From Octopus bimaculoides (Eukaryota), in assembly GCF_001194135.2 (NCBI RefSeq), contig NC_068987.1, forward strand, positions 59,839,136 through 59,903,135: a stretch of 64,000 nucleotides of DNA. The letters are read 5' to 3'. Position 1 is the stretch's first letter. Each line of letters opens with the position of its first letter. A model generated the notes under the pieces. That model saw nothing but the letters and a program-made list of their open reading frames with translations, had not been told where the DNA came from and made no database searches. A program made the position numbers and the translations under genes. Of this stretch, positions 1 through 12,657 are shown piece after piece.

Positions 1-76
1 CATATATATATATAGTCGTAGCTATGTGTGTAACTATCAATGCAATGTAAAAACTGGTTGTTTTATCTAACCATAG

Positions 77-197
77 GGACGTGGAGGATATGGTAAGAAG
101 ACTGGTTACTATTAATGCGCACAAAAGATCTGCATTGATGGAAAGCAGAATAAAAGTTGCGGACGATGTGAATAAAGTTAACAAGATATTACCATAA
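77..197 (+). CDS. Candidate terminal coding exon of an unidentified gene entering from the left (DVEDMVRRLVTINAHKRSALMESRIKVADDVNKVNKILP*)
   Basis: Acceptor ttttatctaaccatag ends at 76; open frame 78-197 ending in TAA; protein-like composition. No homology recognised. Confidence 0.3.
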
Positions 198-277
198 TAA
201 TATGTGACAATTTTTTAAAACATGAGAGGGAAACGTCTCAAACAGTGTTTTCGGATCATATAACTTTTTATAGTCAA

Positions 278-531
278 TTACTTAGTCATTATAGGAAACT
301 GCATAATATTCTTTGCAGAAATATATTTATTCGCGGAACATTTTCCCAATGTCACATTTGGATTCCACTGAACAGCAGCTGAAATTCCGTGATCTGAAAT
401 TCTTTCATCTGAAGAGATAGGCGAACAATCACCATATGAATTCTTCACAGCACTGCAATTTTCTAAAGCTGCTATAGATTTCATGTCATGATCTCCCGCA
501 ATTAAACCATTCATAGTAGTTAAAATTGCCT
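278..531 (-). CDS. Candidate terminal exon, unidentified (EAILTTMNGLIAGDHDMK...FPIMTK*)
   Basis: About 84 stop-free codons after a possible acceptor ttctag (533-532). ORFs of this size also occur by chance in this window. Confidence 0.2.
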
Positions 532-2487
532 CTAGAACATATCAATAAATCTGCTACTAGAACACAATGTGTTCTCTTTAATAGAATAACAGTTATTCTG
601 ATTTATTCTTTTCATTGAAATGGGAGCTCTCACGTACTGACTCGATCTCGCAGAAATAACAGCTAAACCTCTATCAAATAACATCCTATTGTCTTCGGTA
701 AAAGACATCTGAATAATGTGGTCTACGTTTTATTTGGAAAACAAAAAGCGGGAGGGGTCTTGTCTGGAATATCAGGTCTACCTTACGGTTAAACAGCTAG
801 AACAGAAGAGAGAAAACAAATATTTTTTCATTATATTGATTATTAACTCTGTGATGGTATGTTCAAATATCAAACGAATATGAAGTTTATAATTCATTGA
901 AGTAATTGATAATACACATAAGCAAATAACATTAAAAGGTTGACATCGTGTTTTTATTAAATGGAATACTCTGCGCGCGCGCACACACACATATAATATA
1001 TCACTTACCTTGCTAAATCGTGTTCAAAACGAATTAATTTTAATATGCTGGTATAATGTGTCCATTGCGTGATTCTCTCATTTTCACATTAAATATGACA
1101 ATAAGAGTTATGTCAACTAACGTTTTTTTTTTCATTGATATAAACAACGAAGGTGTGACAATCTGATGTGTGTCTGACGAAATTAAGCAAGAATAATTAC
1201 AATAATAACAAGAACAATAATAAAAAAATGACAATCATTAGCATCATACTATCGACATCCAGACAAGCATTCGTTATAAAATTATAAGAAAGTTCAGAGA
1301 CAAATGTGGACAAGAGGAGGGCTACATAGACAGGATCTTTTGATCTCATAGCCAGTCGAATGGTTTACTAGCATTAAGTGAAGCAACATTGTTTTCGCTG
1401 AAGTTCTTTTGAGTGGAGAACCAATGACAGATACATTTAAAAAGATGGCAAGTCTCTGTTAAGATTACAAACCTCTTTAAAAGCTATAGAAGAGCCTTTG
1501 AAGACTATGTAAGACTTAAACTGATGAAAGAATTGATTATTGACAGCGATTTCCATTTTACTTGAGATGTTGGAGATAAGGAGCGAAACCAGTTTCTAAA
1601 GTAAAGGGTAGCAAGCATGGAACGAAAAGGTGCCAGAGCACGTAGAAACGTACCTAATATTCTTCAATATATTCTATATTTTAATGGAGAGCAAAGCCAA
1701 TCCTCCAAAACCTATCATCCCAATTGTAGAAGAGGAAAGTACGTTTTCATGTGCATGGATCGAGTGAAGGATTGTTGAACAACTACACTCGTTGTTTGTA
1801 TGGTTACAAAAACAATGATACAATGTGGAGAGATCACGATAAATGCTGCATGCCGTTCGGGTTAATGAATGTTAGTACATCAATGGCGTCAATTGCTAAA
1901 TATTTAAATTTGTCATACTGTTATTGCTTGTACCCATTATTTCTTTATATGTTTCTGTCACTAAAAAAAGAAAGAAAAAAAAACTCGTGGGCGCCGCTTT
2001 TGTTTGACTGTTGATGAAATATGAGTACGTGTCTGCTAAACACTCTATTTTATTTATATTGTCTGCATTGTCAAACAAAAAAAAAAAAGATATCTTATAT
2101 TCTAAATTAAAGATTGTAAGATAGAGCTTTTAATCTATTTATATATTTACGGGAAAGTAGTCTTTATCTGCTAACGACTTCCCCACTGTTTCAATATTTA
2201 GGAAAAGATACGAATATAAGTGGAATGAATATTAATCTCGATTTAAATACAGGGAGATTAAAACAACCAAGATAATTCGAAATGTGATATTCACACGATA
2301 TATGACAAACTAGAAAACGTAACAAGCAAAGATTTCATATTGAAAGTCTTGACGCTGTAGGAATATTTCGCAACCCTAAAGAAATTCATTATTGAACCCT
2401 ACTTAGAGTCGCTTAGGTTCTGTTATAAATAATACATGTAGGAGATTCAAACACTTTTGAACGTAACTTTCAAATGCAACGAACGGT

Positions 2488-2550
<63 letters not shown>

Positions 2551-2591
2551 TTACTACTACTACTAATACTACTACTACTACCACTACTACT
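2488..2591. repeat. (CTA)n microsatellite
   Basis: About 34 near-perfect units. Confidence 0.95.
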
Positions 2592-3159
2592 GCCGATTGC
2601 TTGTTAATTGCATGCAGGTGTTTTATGAGTTAACCGTGTTGTACCAGAAGTTCATGAAGCAATTATACGTTAGTTTATGCTTCAACAGACAGTATCAGTT
2701 CGTGAGAAGAATATGTTATAATAATTTGATCTGTGGCAGTGACTCTTCATTCGTCCTTGACTTTTGGTTATCGACAAACTAGTTACATAAATAATACACG
2801 TTCATTTCTCTTGTATTTAATTTGCTATAATATTAGATAATTGTATTCGATATTCATTAATTTCTCGCTTCAGTAATGGTGTATGAAACTTATATATATC
2901 TGGAATTATGACTTGTGACATGAGAACGAATTTCTAAGTAATTTTACAGCAGCGAATAGGAATTCATGATAACACGGTTTGTCTTGGGTTCTACAAATAC
3001 TAGCGATGATCAACATATCGCACGGCATTGAGCACAAACTTAAAATCAGTGGGAAGCTGGTTAAATATAGTAATTAATACAGAACATTCTTGCATGGACC
3101 ACAATAAATAAAAAGAAAATGAAGTAAATATGGAAATAAGATCAGACTTTTATCGCATC

Positions 3160-3715
3160 AGGAAACTAATGATTGGAACAAACTGTTAAAGAGAGCTACA
3201 TTAGAAGAATGGGATCTGGGTGAGCAGTTGCTTGCTTTAATCCCCACGTACATCAATATTGAATGGAAATGAATGTATTCCTCAGCGGTGGGTTTGTCAG
3301 CAGAGGCAGCTTCTCCATGCAGGAACACACTCTTAAGGTGGAACCTCCTTTGAAATTTATCAAACCGGCCTTTGTTGGCATTAAAATCGGTTGGTTTGGT
3401 GGGAGATGCCATAGACGGTCCTGGTTCAGGGTCGTCTGGCTCATCGTTACTGCCATCCGTAAACATGCCGTAGAGCTATCTGGCCTTCTCGCAGATGATG
3501 TTGGTAGCCAGTGCAATGTTCTTCTTCCTGCAGTCACTAATCCAAAGGGCTAATGCAGACCCATCCTAACCATAGCCTTATTGCGAGAAGTTATTACCGT
3601 TTTTGCTGTCTTGTTGAAAGTCACTTTTGCCGTCGCCCTTATAAATTTTCGCCCTTTTTGATGTAGCGAACAGTAGGTTCATTGATGTCGTAATGGCGGC
3701 CTACATCCGTATACC
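3160..3715 (-). mobile_element. Tigger/pogo (CENP-B HTH) transposase relic, N-terminal part
   Basis: Frameshifted translation YTDVGRHYDINEPTVRYIKK...SALALWISDCRKKNI...FNANKGRFDKFQRRFHLKSVFLHGEAASAD, typical of Tigger/TIGD. No TIRs seen. Confidence 0.85.
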
Positions 3716-3772
3716 TTATATATATATATTCGATTAGAGGTTGTGTTAACTTACCAATATCCATTCTCCTTT

Positions 3773-3822
<50 letters not shown>

Positions 3823-3834
3823 AAATATATTTTA

Positions 3835-5455
3835 CAATGGCACCTGTAACAAAACACGTGTGACTAAAAAATATTACAGCCGAATAAAGAAAATTTGGAC
3901 CTCAGAACTCTCTGCATTCAATAAAACAGTGGCCCACAATGTGTTTGCAGTGCCTGTACTCATACCAATATCTGAGCTGCTTGATTGGACGCTTGATGAG
4001 ATCCAAGCCATTGATGTGAAAACCCGGAAAATACTAACAAGGTCACATAATTTCCACATAAACAGAAACGAAGACTGCCCCTACTTAAAACGAAAACAAG
4101 GCGTTAGAGGCTTAACATCGATCGAAAATGCATTTCAGTCTCGCATCATATCCCTTCGGCAATATCTTTTAGCCACGCAGTATCGAAGTGCATGCCTTGA
4201 CCAAGTTTGCATACATGAGGCTGATAACATTAGAAGACTTGAAAGGCAGCTCCTTAAGTAACACACTTTGTTTGATAGCCTAGAATACATGCCCAAAGAA
4301 GTCGCACGACTCTACCCCAACGTATCATCAGATGAAAGGATGAGCCTATATGAGCAGAAGACTATGCATAGATATGTAAGTAGAAGGCTCCGTGATGATA
4401 GTAGCATCGATCATCAAAGCAGTTTATCATGGACCAATAGCCGGATGACTACTTTCTACTTTCAAGTGTATGCTTTTGCAATCCAGAAACAGGAAATATA
4501 AACCAAGTACCTGATGCACAAAAGGGATAGAGATGCAGGAAAAGCAGTAAAATGTGACAACCAATGCAGACTTTGTGAAGTTCAAACTGACGATATCACT
4601 CACATCATTGGCGGTTGTCCGAAAATGTCATCACAATATTATGTATCGATGAAACATGATGTTGTAGCTAGGACACTCTATAATGAAATCCGTCGGAAGG
4701 GTAATCCTGACGACAAAGGAATAAGAACCCACAATATGGTAGAAGCCATAGCCACTCATAATAAAAAGGAATACTGGTGGAATGCACCAGTGAAAGCCTC
4801 AATAAAATGTAAGCACAACAGTCCTGATATAATGATTTGGAATAGAGAAGGGGCACTGTACACAGTTGTGGGAATTAGCTGTCCAGTGGATGTTAAAATA
4901 AAGCTGAAGATCAGTGGAAAAGAGAACACCTATGCTGAACTANNNNNNNNNNNNNNNNNNNNNNNNNNNNNNNNNNNNNNNNNNNNNNNNNNNNNNNNNN
5001 NNNNNNNNNNNNNNCTATTGAGACATATGCAGTTACTCTATCCAGATTACAACTTCAGATTTATACTTGTAATTATTGGATCCTTGGCATATGTAACACA
5101 CTGCCTAAATACCAATCTTGAAAATTTAGGCTCTGGTCAAAACCAGAAAAGAGAAAGCTAATTCGAAGACTACAGATCCAATCCATCACTGGAACTGTAA
5201 AAATCTGTAAAACTTTCCAGAAGCTTATCATTTAAATATATAAGAGCATGTCTAGATATGCAATTATATACATGAAAATACATACATAAAGCAAACAAAT
5301 CTGCACATACATACATACATACATACATACATACATACATACAAAAATACTCTGTTACTGATGTTGAAATTCCAATAAAGGAGACTTGGATCTGGGTTAG
5401 AAACCGGTTCTTTCTATATTGGCAAGAAATTTTGAATTAAATCAAATAATGACAT
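3835..5455 (+). mobile_element. 5'-truncated RLE-type non-LTR retrotransposon (R4/Dong-like): RT thumb, CCHC knuckle, restriction-like endonuclease, 3' UTR
   Basis: One frame 3835-5161 with two internal stops: CRLCEVQTDDITHIIGGC (CCHC), KHD, SPDIMIW...ISCP (PD..D/E); after a late frameshift QSITGTVKICKTFQKLII* ends at 5235; (TACA)n in the UTR. Confidence 0.9.
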
Positions 5456-7158
5456 ATTTCTCTGTGTGTGTGTGTGCGTGCGTGCGCGCGCGTGAGTATG
5501 ATGATTGTTATATTTTAAATTATAAAAACGTTCAGACAAGCAAATAAACTGTGAGTTGTGCGATCGATAAAGTTGTTATAAGAAGAACAGAATGAAGCCT
5601 ACGAAGAAGAAAAGTTGCCTTTGGACAGTCTTAACCTGCTCTGTGGATCAGATTTATGCTAACCTCTGCTGGTATGATGAGAATAAGGAACAGTGATGTG
5701 ACGTAGTTTTGCCATTGAAAATTTAATTAACTTCAGGATGACCCAAAAAAGCAAGTCAAATATCAAGAAGATTTTTCAATATTCACATCAATATTTTAAG
5801 CTAATATTTTCGCTAATCTAATAAACAGGTTTTATTGTTTGATTTTCCGTTATCACGCGCAAACATAAACCAATAATTAGTTCAATTTTCTGTTGTAGGT
5901 GGAGAAACAGTTGTCGCGATGACTCGCTCGTCCCTCGAAATTCTATTTATTTTTATGGAAACAAAAGTGGTACAACCGAGGTTTGAAAAACAATTTCTGG
6001 TTCAGCTTGTTTATATTTCTGTTTTTGACGTTAATTAAAAATAAAAGCTACGATGCTTGTTCCGCAAAAATCTTTAACTATAATATTTGCAGAATTCAAT
6101 CGCAGAAACTGTGCCACAAGCTTTACAATTCTGTTTAACACTCTAATTGTTGATCACACCAGGGAACTTTTTAGTCATAGATTTGCTGGATCAAGATTTG
6201 CCTTGAAATAAAAAAGAAAAAAGGCTATAACCACAACTACATTAACCACCTTATCATGAAAAGTCAAGAAATTGAACCTATTTACTGCAATAATGAACAG
6301 GAGAAATTCTTAGCTTTATTTTGATAACTTGTTTAACTGTCTTTGCGTTGGTAAGGAGAGGGATATTAAATCAATTTGATTTCTAAATAATATAGGTAGT
6401 TAGGGAGTTTGCTCCTAAAGAAATAATGGTAATGACGTGTTTATTTCGAGTCGAGAATGTAAAGGTTGTAGAGTTAGTAAGTGTAAAACAGTTCATCAGA
6501 AAGGGATATGTAGTGGTAAAAATTATACATATCTAGCTTATTCTGAAGACCGGAATAAATATTGGGAGGATACAATATATTATTGGATTACAAGGAGTGT
6601 GTAGTTGTTTGCTAATCGGTTGGAGTGGTTTCTCTTTTCCTTTCATGGTGGATGGTGGTGGTTACATGGAATATTTGTGTGCGTATTCAGTTGTACTATA
6701 CGAGACATACGAAATGTATATTAATCGTTGAAGTGAAGTCATGTTTTTCTGCAGTGGTAGTTCAATACCGAGATGCTGTTTGACAACGTCCGAGACTATA
6801 ACTACAATGAAAGCTTTTGAGGTACAACATTTGTAAAGTTTGAACATTTTATACGTGTGAAGTATATGAAAATGTCTATTTATCTGAACATGTGTTGCTG
6901 ATGTTCAATAAGATTAAGCTATTGCATTAAAGTGATTGTAAGATACAAGACCTCAATCTATATAAATAATGCATATCTGGCGTGAAATGTTTAGGTTGCG
7001 TGCATAAATGGCATCTGGTTGTAGTCATTTTACTTTATAATGCAAATTCACTTAGGAAACAAGTCACAGCATTCTTCCTAAATGTATAGGATATCAGTGC
7101 TGGACAAATTATATAAGAGCATATATATATATATATATATATACATACATATAAATAA

Positions 7159-7194
<36 letters not shown>

Positions 7195-7817
7195 GAGGTA
7201 ATGATGAATTCGTCGAGAAATTTCCAGAAGTAACTTGATTTATGCAGAGGAGAGTTAAAAAAGTCCAATAAAAATGTTAGAAATATTAAGAAGTTGGATA
7301 AGTTCAATTACCGTTTGTCAAAGAGTGAGCTAAAGAGATAGAGTGAAATTGTCAATTGGGTAATAGGGAAGTAAAATATCATATATCATATATGTTTTCT
7401 TTCATTAAACTCAAATGCTCTTCATATTGACGATCCAGAAAACTGATTCTTGTAAGATTCATAATTAAGACATGATCTTTAAAATGGAATTGAAAATGTA
7501 TCGTTGTATCACTTGGGTGGAACTTAATTTTTTAACTATCAGTTAAAACTTAGATTCAGAATAAAAATGCTTCTTAATCGTGCTACGTGGGGACCGACAT
7601 GTCAAAGACTAGACCAAAATATTCTTCTACGTATCGTAATAGATGACTAAAAGACATTGAGATTGGAATTGCACTCCGACCTCATAAAACTCTCACCAAA
7701 AAATGACTACTCAAACCGACCCATTGGTTGGAAGGTTGTCGCCTGAGTAATGCAAAGGAGCAGGGAATCGCCAACAAATGGTGGATGTGGCAACGCTTTG
7801 TTACAGCGCATGCCCCA

Positions 7818-7884
<67 letters not shown>
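7818..7884. repeat. (CTA)n microsatellite
   Basis: Perfect repeat; source of the poly-Leu ORF 7778-8053. Confidence 0.95.
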
Positions 7885-7885
<1 letters not shown>

Positions 7886-8271
7886 ATACACATTGTTAAA
7901 AGGATTATGTCACTACAGATATACTGTCTTTATTTGGTATGTCGAAAGCAAGTCAATCCTGAAGAACAGCTCATCCTTTCCGGCTATGGACTTCAATCAG
8001 GTATTATACGTGGAAGTGCTGTTAACCTACTAGTAATATACAGTAGTCACTAAATATCCCAGTAGTCACAATTAGGATATTTAGTAAACTGTGATTAGAC
8101 GTAAGGATCGATTGTAAACTACTTAAAATGAAATTTCTGGTTTGAGTTTTCACAGTAGAGCCTGAGGTTTCATTTCAAGTTTTCCTAAATTTAAAATGCA
8201 GTTCACATTTTTAGAACAAACTGTCAATTTTTTCCTGATAAATCTGAATTAAAGACAGAAACAAGAAAATT

Positions 8272-8472
8272 AGTTTCAGATTTTGGCACAACACCAGCAA
8301 TTTGGGAGGAGGGGTAAGTCCATTGCACCGACCACAGTACTCAACTGGTACTTATTTTATCGACCCCCGAAAAGAAGAAAGGTAAAGTCGACTTCGGCGG
8401 AATTTGAACTCAGAACGTGAAGACGGACGAAATGTTGCTAAGCATTTTGGCCGTCTTTCTAAAGATTCCACC
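8272..8472 (-). mobile_element. SINE family A (tRNA-like head; core CCTTTCATCCTTTCGGGGTCGATAAA)
   Basis: Matches the reverse complement of the copies at 59605 and 59841. Confidence 0.85.
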
Positions 8473-8599
8473 ACACAGAGGATGAAATATTGAAACATTG
8501 AAGTGCCATTTTAAAGAAATGTAGATAGTTTCTCTATAAACAGCTTTAATTTAAAATGAGAAAAAAATGTCACTAGAGCTCGCATAGAAGTCAACATTA

Positions 8600-8985
8600 C
8601 AAATAAGTGTCGTCAGTTAAAAGGTACAGATGGTTATCAACGCTTTAGAGATGTGGTTCCTAAACTGCATTATACAGATAGCCTACACAGATAATATACA
8701 TTGACGTGATTAACTAAGTAGGAACCATGAAAAAAAGTTTTAGCAATATCAAGAAGAAACACGTTAAGATCATTTGGATGACATATGAAAAGACAAAATA
8801 TTGAACACTTTGAAATTAATGGGAAGCTGAAAGGAAAAGAACCTAGGGAAGACAGCAGAAGAAAATACTCTATGGCCTTCTCAGCTGGTTACAGAAAGAC
8901 TGATACGATAGATTGCTAAATCGTGTGTGAGACAGGAACCGATATTCAAGATCACCGAAGGCAGTATACGGTATTTTAATAGAGA
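8600..8985 (+). mobile_element. Decayed RTE-clade LINE, 3' end
   Basis: Residual ALEMWFLNCIIQIAYTDNI and HMKRQNIEHFEINGKLKGKEPR resemble the RTE C-terminal EMWFLRRMLRISW and GKIEGKRSRGR motifs. Confidence 0.6.
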
Positions 8986-9541
8986 CGCAATATAGTATTG
9001 AGTATAATGCTATCAGTATATTTATATTTGAATGCGTTTTAGTGCTTACATCAATATTGCAACATGTTTCAACATTGTTCTATCGGGGATAAACAATAGG
9101 AACAAAGGCGTATGTAAAGGATGTGAAAAGTATATGAAAGGTGTATGTATTAAAAAGTGACAGAGTAATATTGAATGCTGGAGAATATTGCACAGAGTGT
9201 AAACAATATAAACACATTTAAACTGGCAGTCAAATAACACTTAATTATGCAGAACAGGAAGATATCAATAGAATTTTGGGAAACCTGAAATTTTGTAAAT
9301 ATATTCCTAAAGTTAGAAATTGCAGCAATAGTTTGTATTCATAAAGAATACAATGTTAACATCTCAGCATCAGTGCTGAGATGTTAACATTCTCTCAGTT
9401 AGCGAGTGTATGATGTGTTTGTTTATCTCTAACACAGTTTTGTTGAAGGTTGTACAAAAGCAGAAACTGCTGAAACTTGTCTTTCGATTGCAAACGCAGA
9501 ATTTCTGTTGAAGCTAGTACGAATACACGCCCTCTTAAATG

Positions 9542-9574
<33 letters not shown>

Positions 9575-9628
9575 TGCATGTATGTATGATGGTATATTTC
9601 ATTTAAGAGAATACTGTATTCGTACTAG

Positions 9629-9686
<58 letters not shown>

Positions 9687-10176
9687 NNNNNNNNNNNNNN
9701 NNNNNNNNNNNNNNNNNNNNNNNNNNNNNNNNNNNNNNNNNNNNNNNNNNNNNNNNNNNNNNNNNNNNNNNNNNNNNNNNNNNTTGTATATATATATATA
9801 TATATATATATACATGCATATATGAATGTATGCATGTATTTGTGTGTGCACACACACAAATTAACACACACGCACACATATATATATATACATATACACA
9901 TACATATAACTGCAGGATTTCTAATGGAGTTATTTTCGCGTGCAGTTGAAATGATCGAGGGAGAATTTGAGAGAGTGAAAGAGACAGAAAGGTTGAGATA
10001 AAGACAGAAAGGAAGTAAGAGAAGTATTTTCCTTGTTGCTTAAGAAAGGGGGCATGTAGTTTGGTAACAGATCAGCTTATGTCCTTGAATAATATTCTAG
10101 AATGAAGATACTTTAGGGTTAGATAATATAGTAGCATATTAAATGTACTGTGTGGTTGTATAATGTAGTACAATAC

Positions 10177-10390
10177 TGGTTTCAAATTTTGGCACAAGGA
10201 TTGAAATTCAGGGGAAGAGAGTAAGTCGATTACATCGACCCCAGTACTCAACTGAGACTTATTTTATCGAGCCCGGAAAGATAACAGGCAAGTCGACATC
10301 GGCGGAATTTGAACTCAGGACGCGAAGACGGACAACATGCCACTGAGTATTTTGTCTGGTGTGCTAACGATTCTGCCAGCTCGCTGCCTT
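10177..10390 (-). mobile_element. SINE family A
   Basis: gtcgacatcggcggaatttgaactcag core plus head and tail. Confidence 0.85.
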
Positions 10391-11106
10391 CCCCAACTTT
10401 AAAATATTAAATGCAAAAATCTAAAAACTTCACTCAGTATTTAATGATGATACGAAATATTTATTTAATAATATTTGCAATACAATTTATCAAGAGTTAT
10501 GGTTAGGGTTAGGCCCTTGTTCCAAAATTTGAAACCAATAAGAGATAGATCTCCAACTTCTAAATAAGAAATATTGATTCACCCATAGTTTCTTTTTAAG
10601 GAAATCATTGGTGGTCAACTACAAATTGCTGTAAGAATATTTATTTTTCTTTGAAGTTTATGTCATTTTAACCTCGACGCCTAAAATGTCTGATGTAGGA
10701 TTGCAATTAAACTGTTGAATTTGGAGTATATTTACAATTCTGTATAATAATTAAAGACAGACATTACAAATTATCATGCCCATCTGTTGAGTTATATGCT
10801 TTCCTTTGTCTCAGTCTTAAATTTCGCTATCGAGGTGAATTGAAAATACATTTCCTGTTTTAATTTGTTCTGTAATTCGCTATTTAACTACTATAAAAGT
10901 GGTAAAGCCCAGGTATTTAGAATCTTAGCTAAATCTTTCAACAAATTATATTAGTCATATCAGCATCGATACAGATTCTAATCTTTGAAGCTATAGTATA
11001 TATTAGAGAGAAATACAGCGTATCCATAAGGTCACTTTACAATTTCAAAAATTTATTACAAAGGCAATTAATTGATAGGATATCTTTATCAGATTTATCC
11101 TATGTA

Positions 11107-11520
11107 CATGACCGGATTAGGACACAGAGAGGCCCACAAGCACTTATAAGATTTTGGTGCCTCATATGTATGCAATCCAAAATATAAACAATAATACCAT
11201 AAAATAAATTTATATTTTTCAAAATGAAATAGAACTAATAGTAAGATGGAAAATTAATACTTTTTTTTATGTAAGACCAAGTTTATTTATATTTCAAAAG
11301 TTTTCTCTGACTTAACTGTAAAGTCTTTGATCAGATCCTCACTATGGCACCATGAACACTTCGAAATTATATTTCAATCATATATTTGACTTTGAATATT
11401 ATTTCAGCAAGTTACAAGTGATTTCTTTTGAGCCGCAAATCATTTACCATTTCTGTAGCACCTCTTTCCCTTAATGCCCTAAGCACGTGGTTATTTTGCT
11501 TTATGGTTAATCCAGCACTG
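11107..11520. mobile_element. Non-autonomous hAT-like MITE nested in the DD41D element
   Basis: 8-bp TSD cctatgta (11099-11106) / ccaatgta (11521-28); ends catgaccggattag and ttaatccagcactg are degenerate inverted repeats. Confidence 0.7.
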
Positions 11521-11622
11521 CCAATGTACTCAGTAATTATTAAAGTTTTTAACCACATTGCATTTGTGTTTTTTAGGTACCTTGTTAATGGAAAAGGGTT
11601 TGTTAAATGAAACCCTAAAACA

Positions 11623-12657
11623 GTGGCTCTTTATCAAGAAAAGGCACAAGGTGTATCGTGGCTTATTGAAACAGAATCGGATACGCAGTCACAGTGAAAC
11701 TGTAGGATTAAGTATGGGTGACATCCACCGTCAAGCCCATCAATTCGTGCGTGACACAAGGAATTTTTGGAAACAGGAACAGAGTTGGATAAAGGGAGGA
11801 GTGGCGGGTCAAAATTATCTGAGGAAAACTTCGATCGTGTAAGACAAGCCTTTGATAGTTCTCCTACAAAGTCCATACGTACTGCTGCCAGACAATTACA
11901 GCTACCACGCTCGACAGTGCACAAAGTCCTACAGAAGAACTTGTGATTGTACGCTTACAAAGTGCAACTCTCACAGGCACACGAATCGAATGATAAACCA
12001 AAGCAAAAAGAGTTTGCAGGTAACATGCTGGAACGAATTTCTGAGGATGCAAAGTTCCTCACCCGAGTTTGTTTTAGTGATGAGTCAACCTTTCATGCTT
12101 CAGGGAAACTGAACACACATAATGTGAGAATCTGGGGATCAGAACACTCCCATGTGACTAAGTAACTTCACTGAGATAGTCCGAAGGTGAGTGTCTGGTG
12201 TTTGATGATGTGCAATCGAATCATTGGTCTATTTTTCTTCACAGAGAGATCAATTTCCGCAAATGGTTACCTTGAACGTTTGACTGAATAAGTGGCATCA
12301 CAACTGGATGACCTCCAACCGAGTGTCGTTTTCCAGCAGGATGGTGCTCCACCACATTGGGTACTGCGTGTTTGTGGGTTCCTAAATCAAACATTTCCAG
12401 ACCGGTGGATTGGAAGGGATGACTCAATTCCCTGACCACCTCGTTTCCCGGATATCAATCCCCTGGACTTTTTTCTATGAGGTTATGTTAAAGATATGTA
12501 TCGAACAAAGATACGGGACAGCAACGACCTGAAGCAAAGGATTACTGCTACTATTGCGACCATTGATAACGCTATGCTACAACGAACATGGTAAGACATT
12601 GATTACCGTCTTTATGTGTTTCGTGCAACAAATGGTGCCCAAATAGAGATGTATTAA
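11623..12657 (+). pseudogene. DD41D transposase pseudogene (344 codons)
   Basis: Single frame from GTG 11623 to TAA 12655-57; 10 internal stops and no frameshift. Confidence 0.9.

Noticed and set aside
2638-2688. 51-nt phase-0 exon candidate (VFYELTVLYQKFMKQLY)
   Set aside because: Weak donor, no homology and no partner exons.
5901-5970. Acceptor plus open frame GGETVVAMTRSSLEILFIFMETKV
   Set aside because: No recognisable product; such hits are expected by chance.
6380-6620. Possible very old Penelope endonuclease trace on the minus strand
   Set aside because: Similarity too faint to support.
10501-10512. GGTTAGGGTTAG telomere-like motif
   Set aside because: Only two units.
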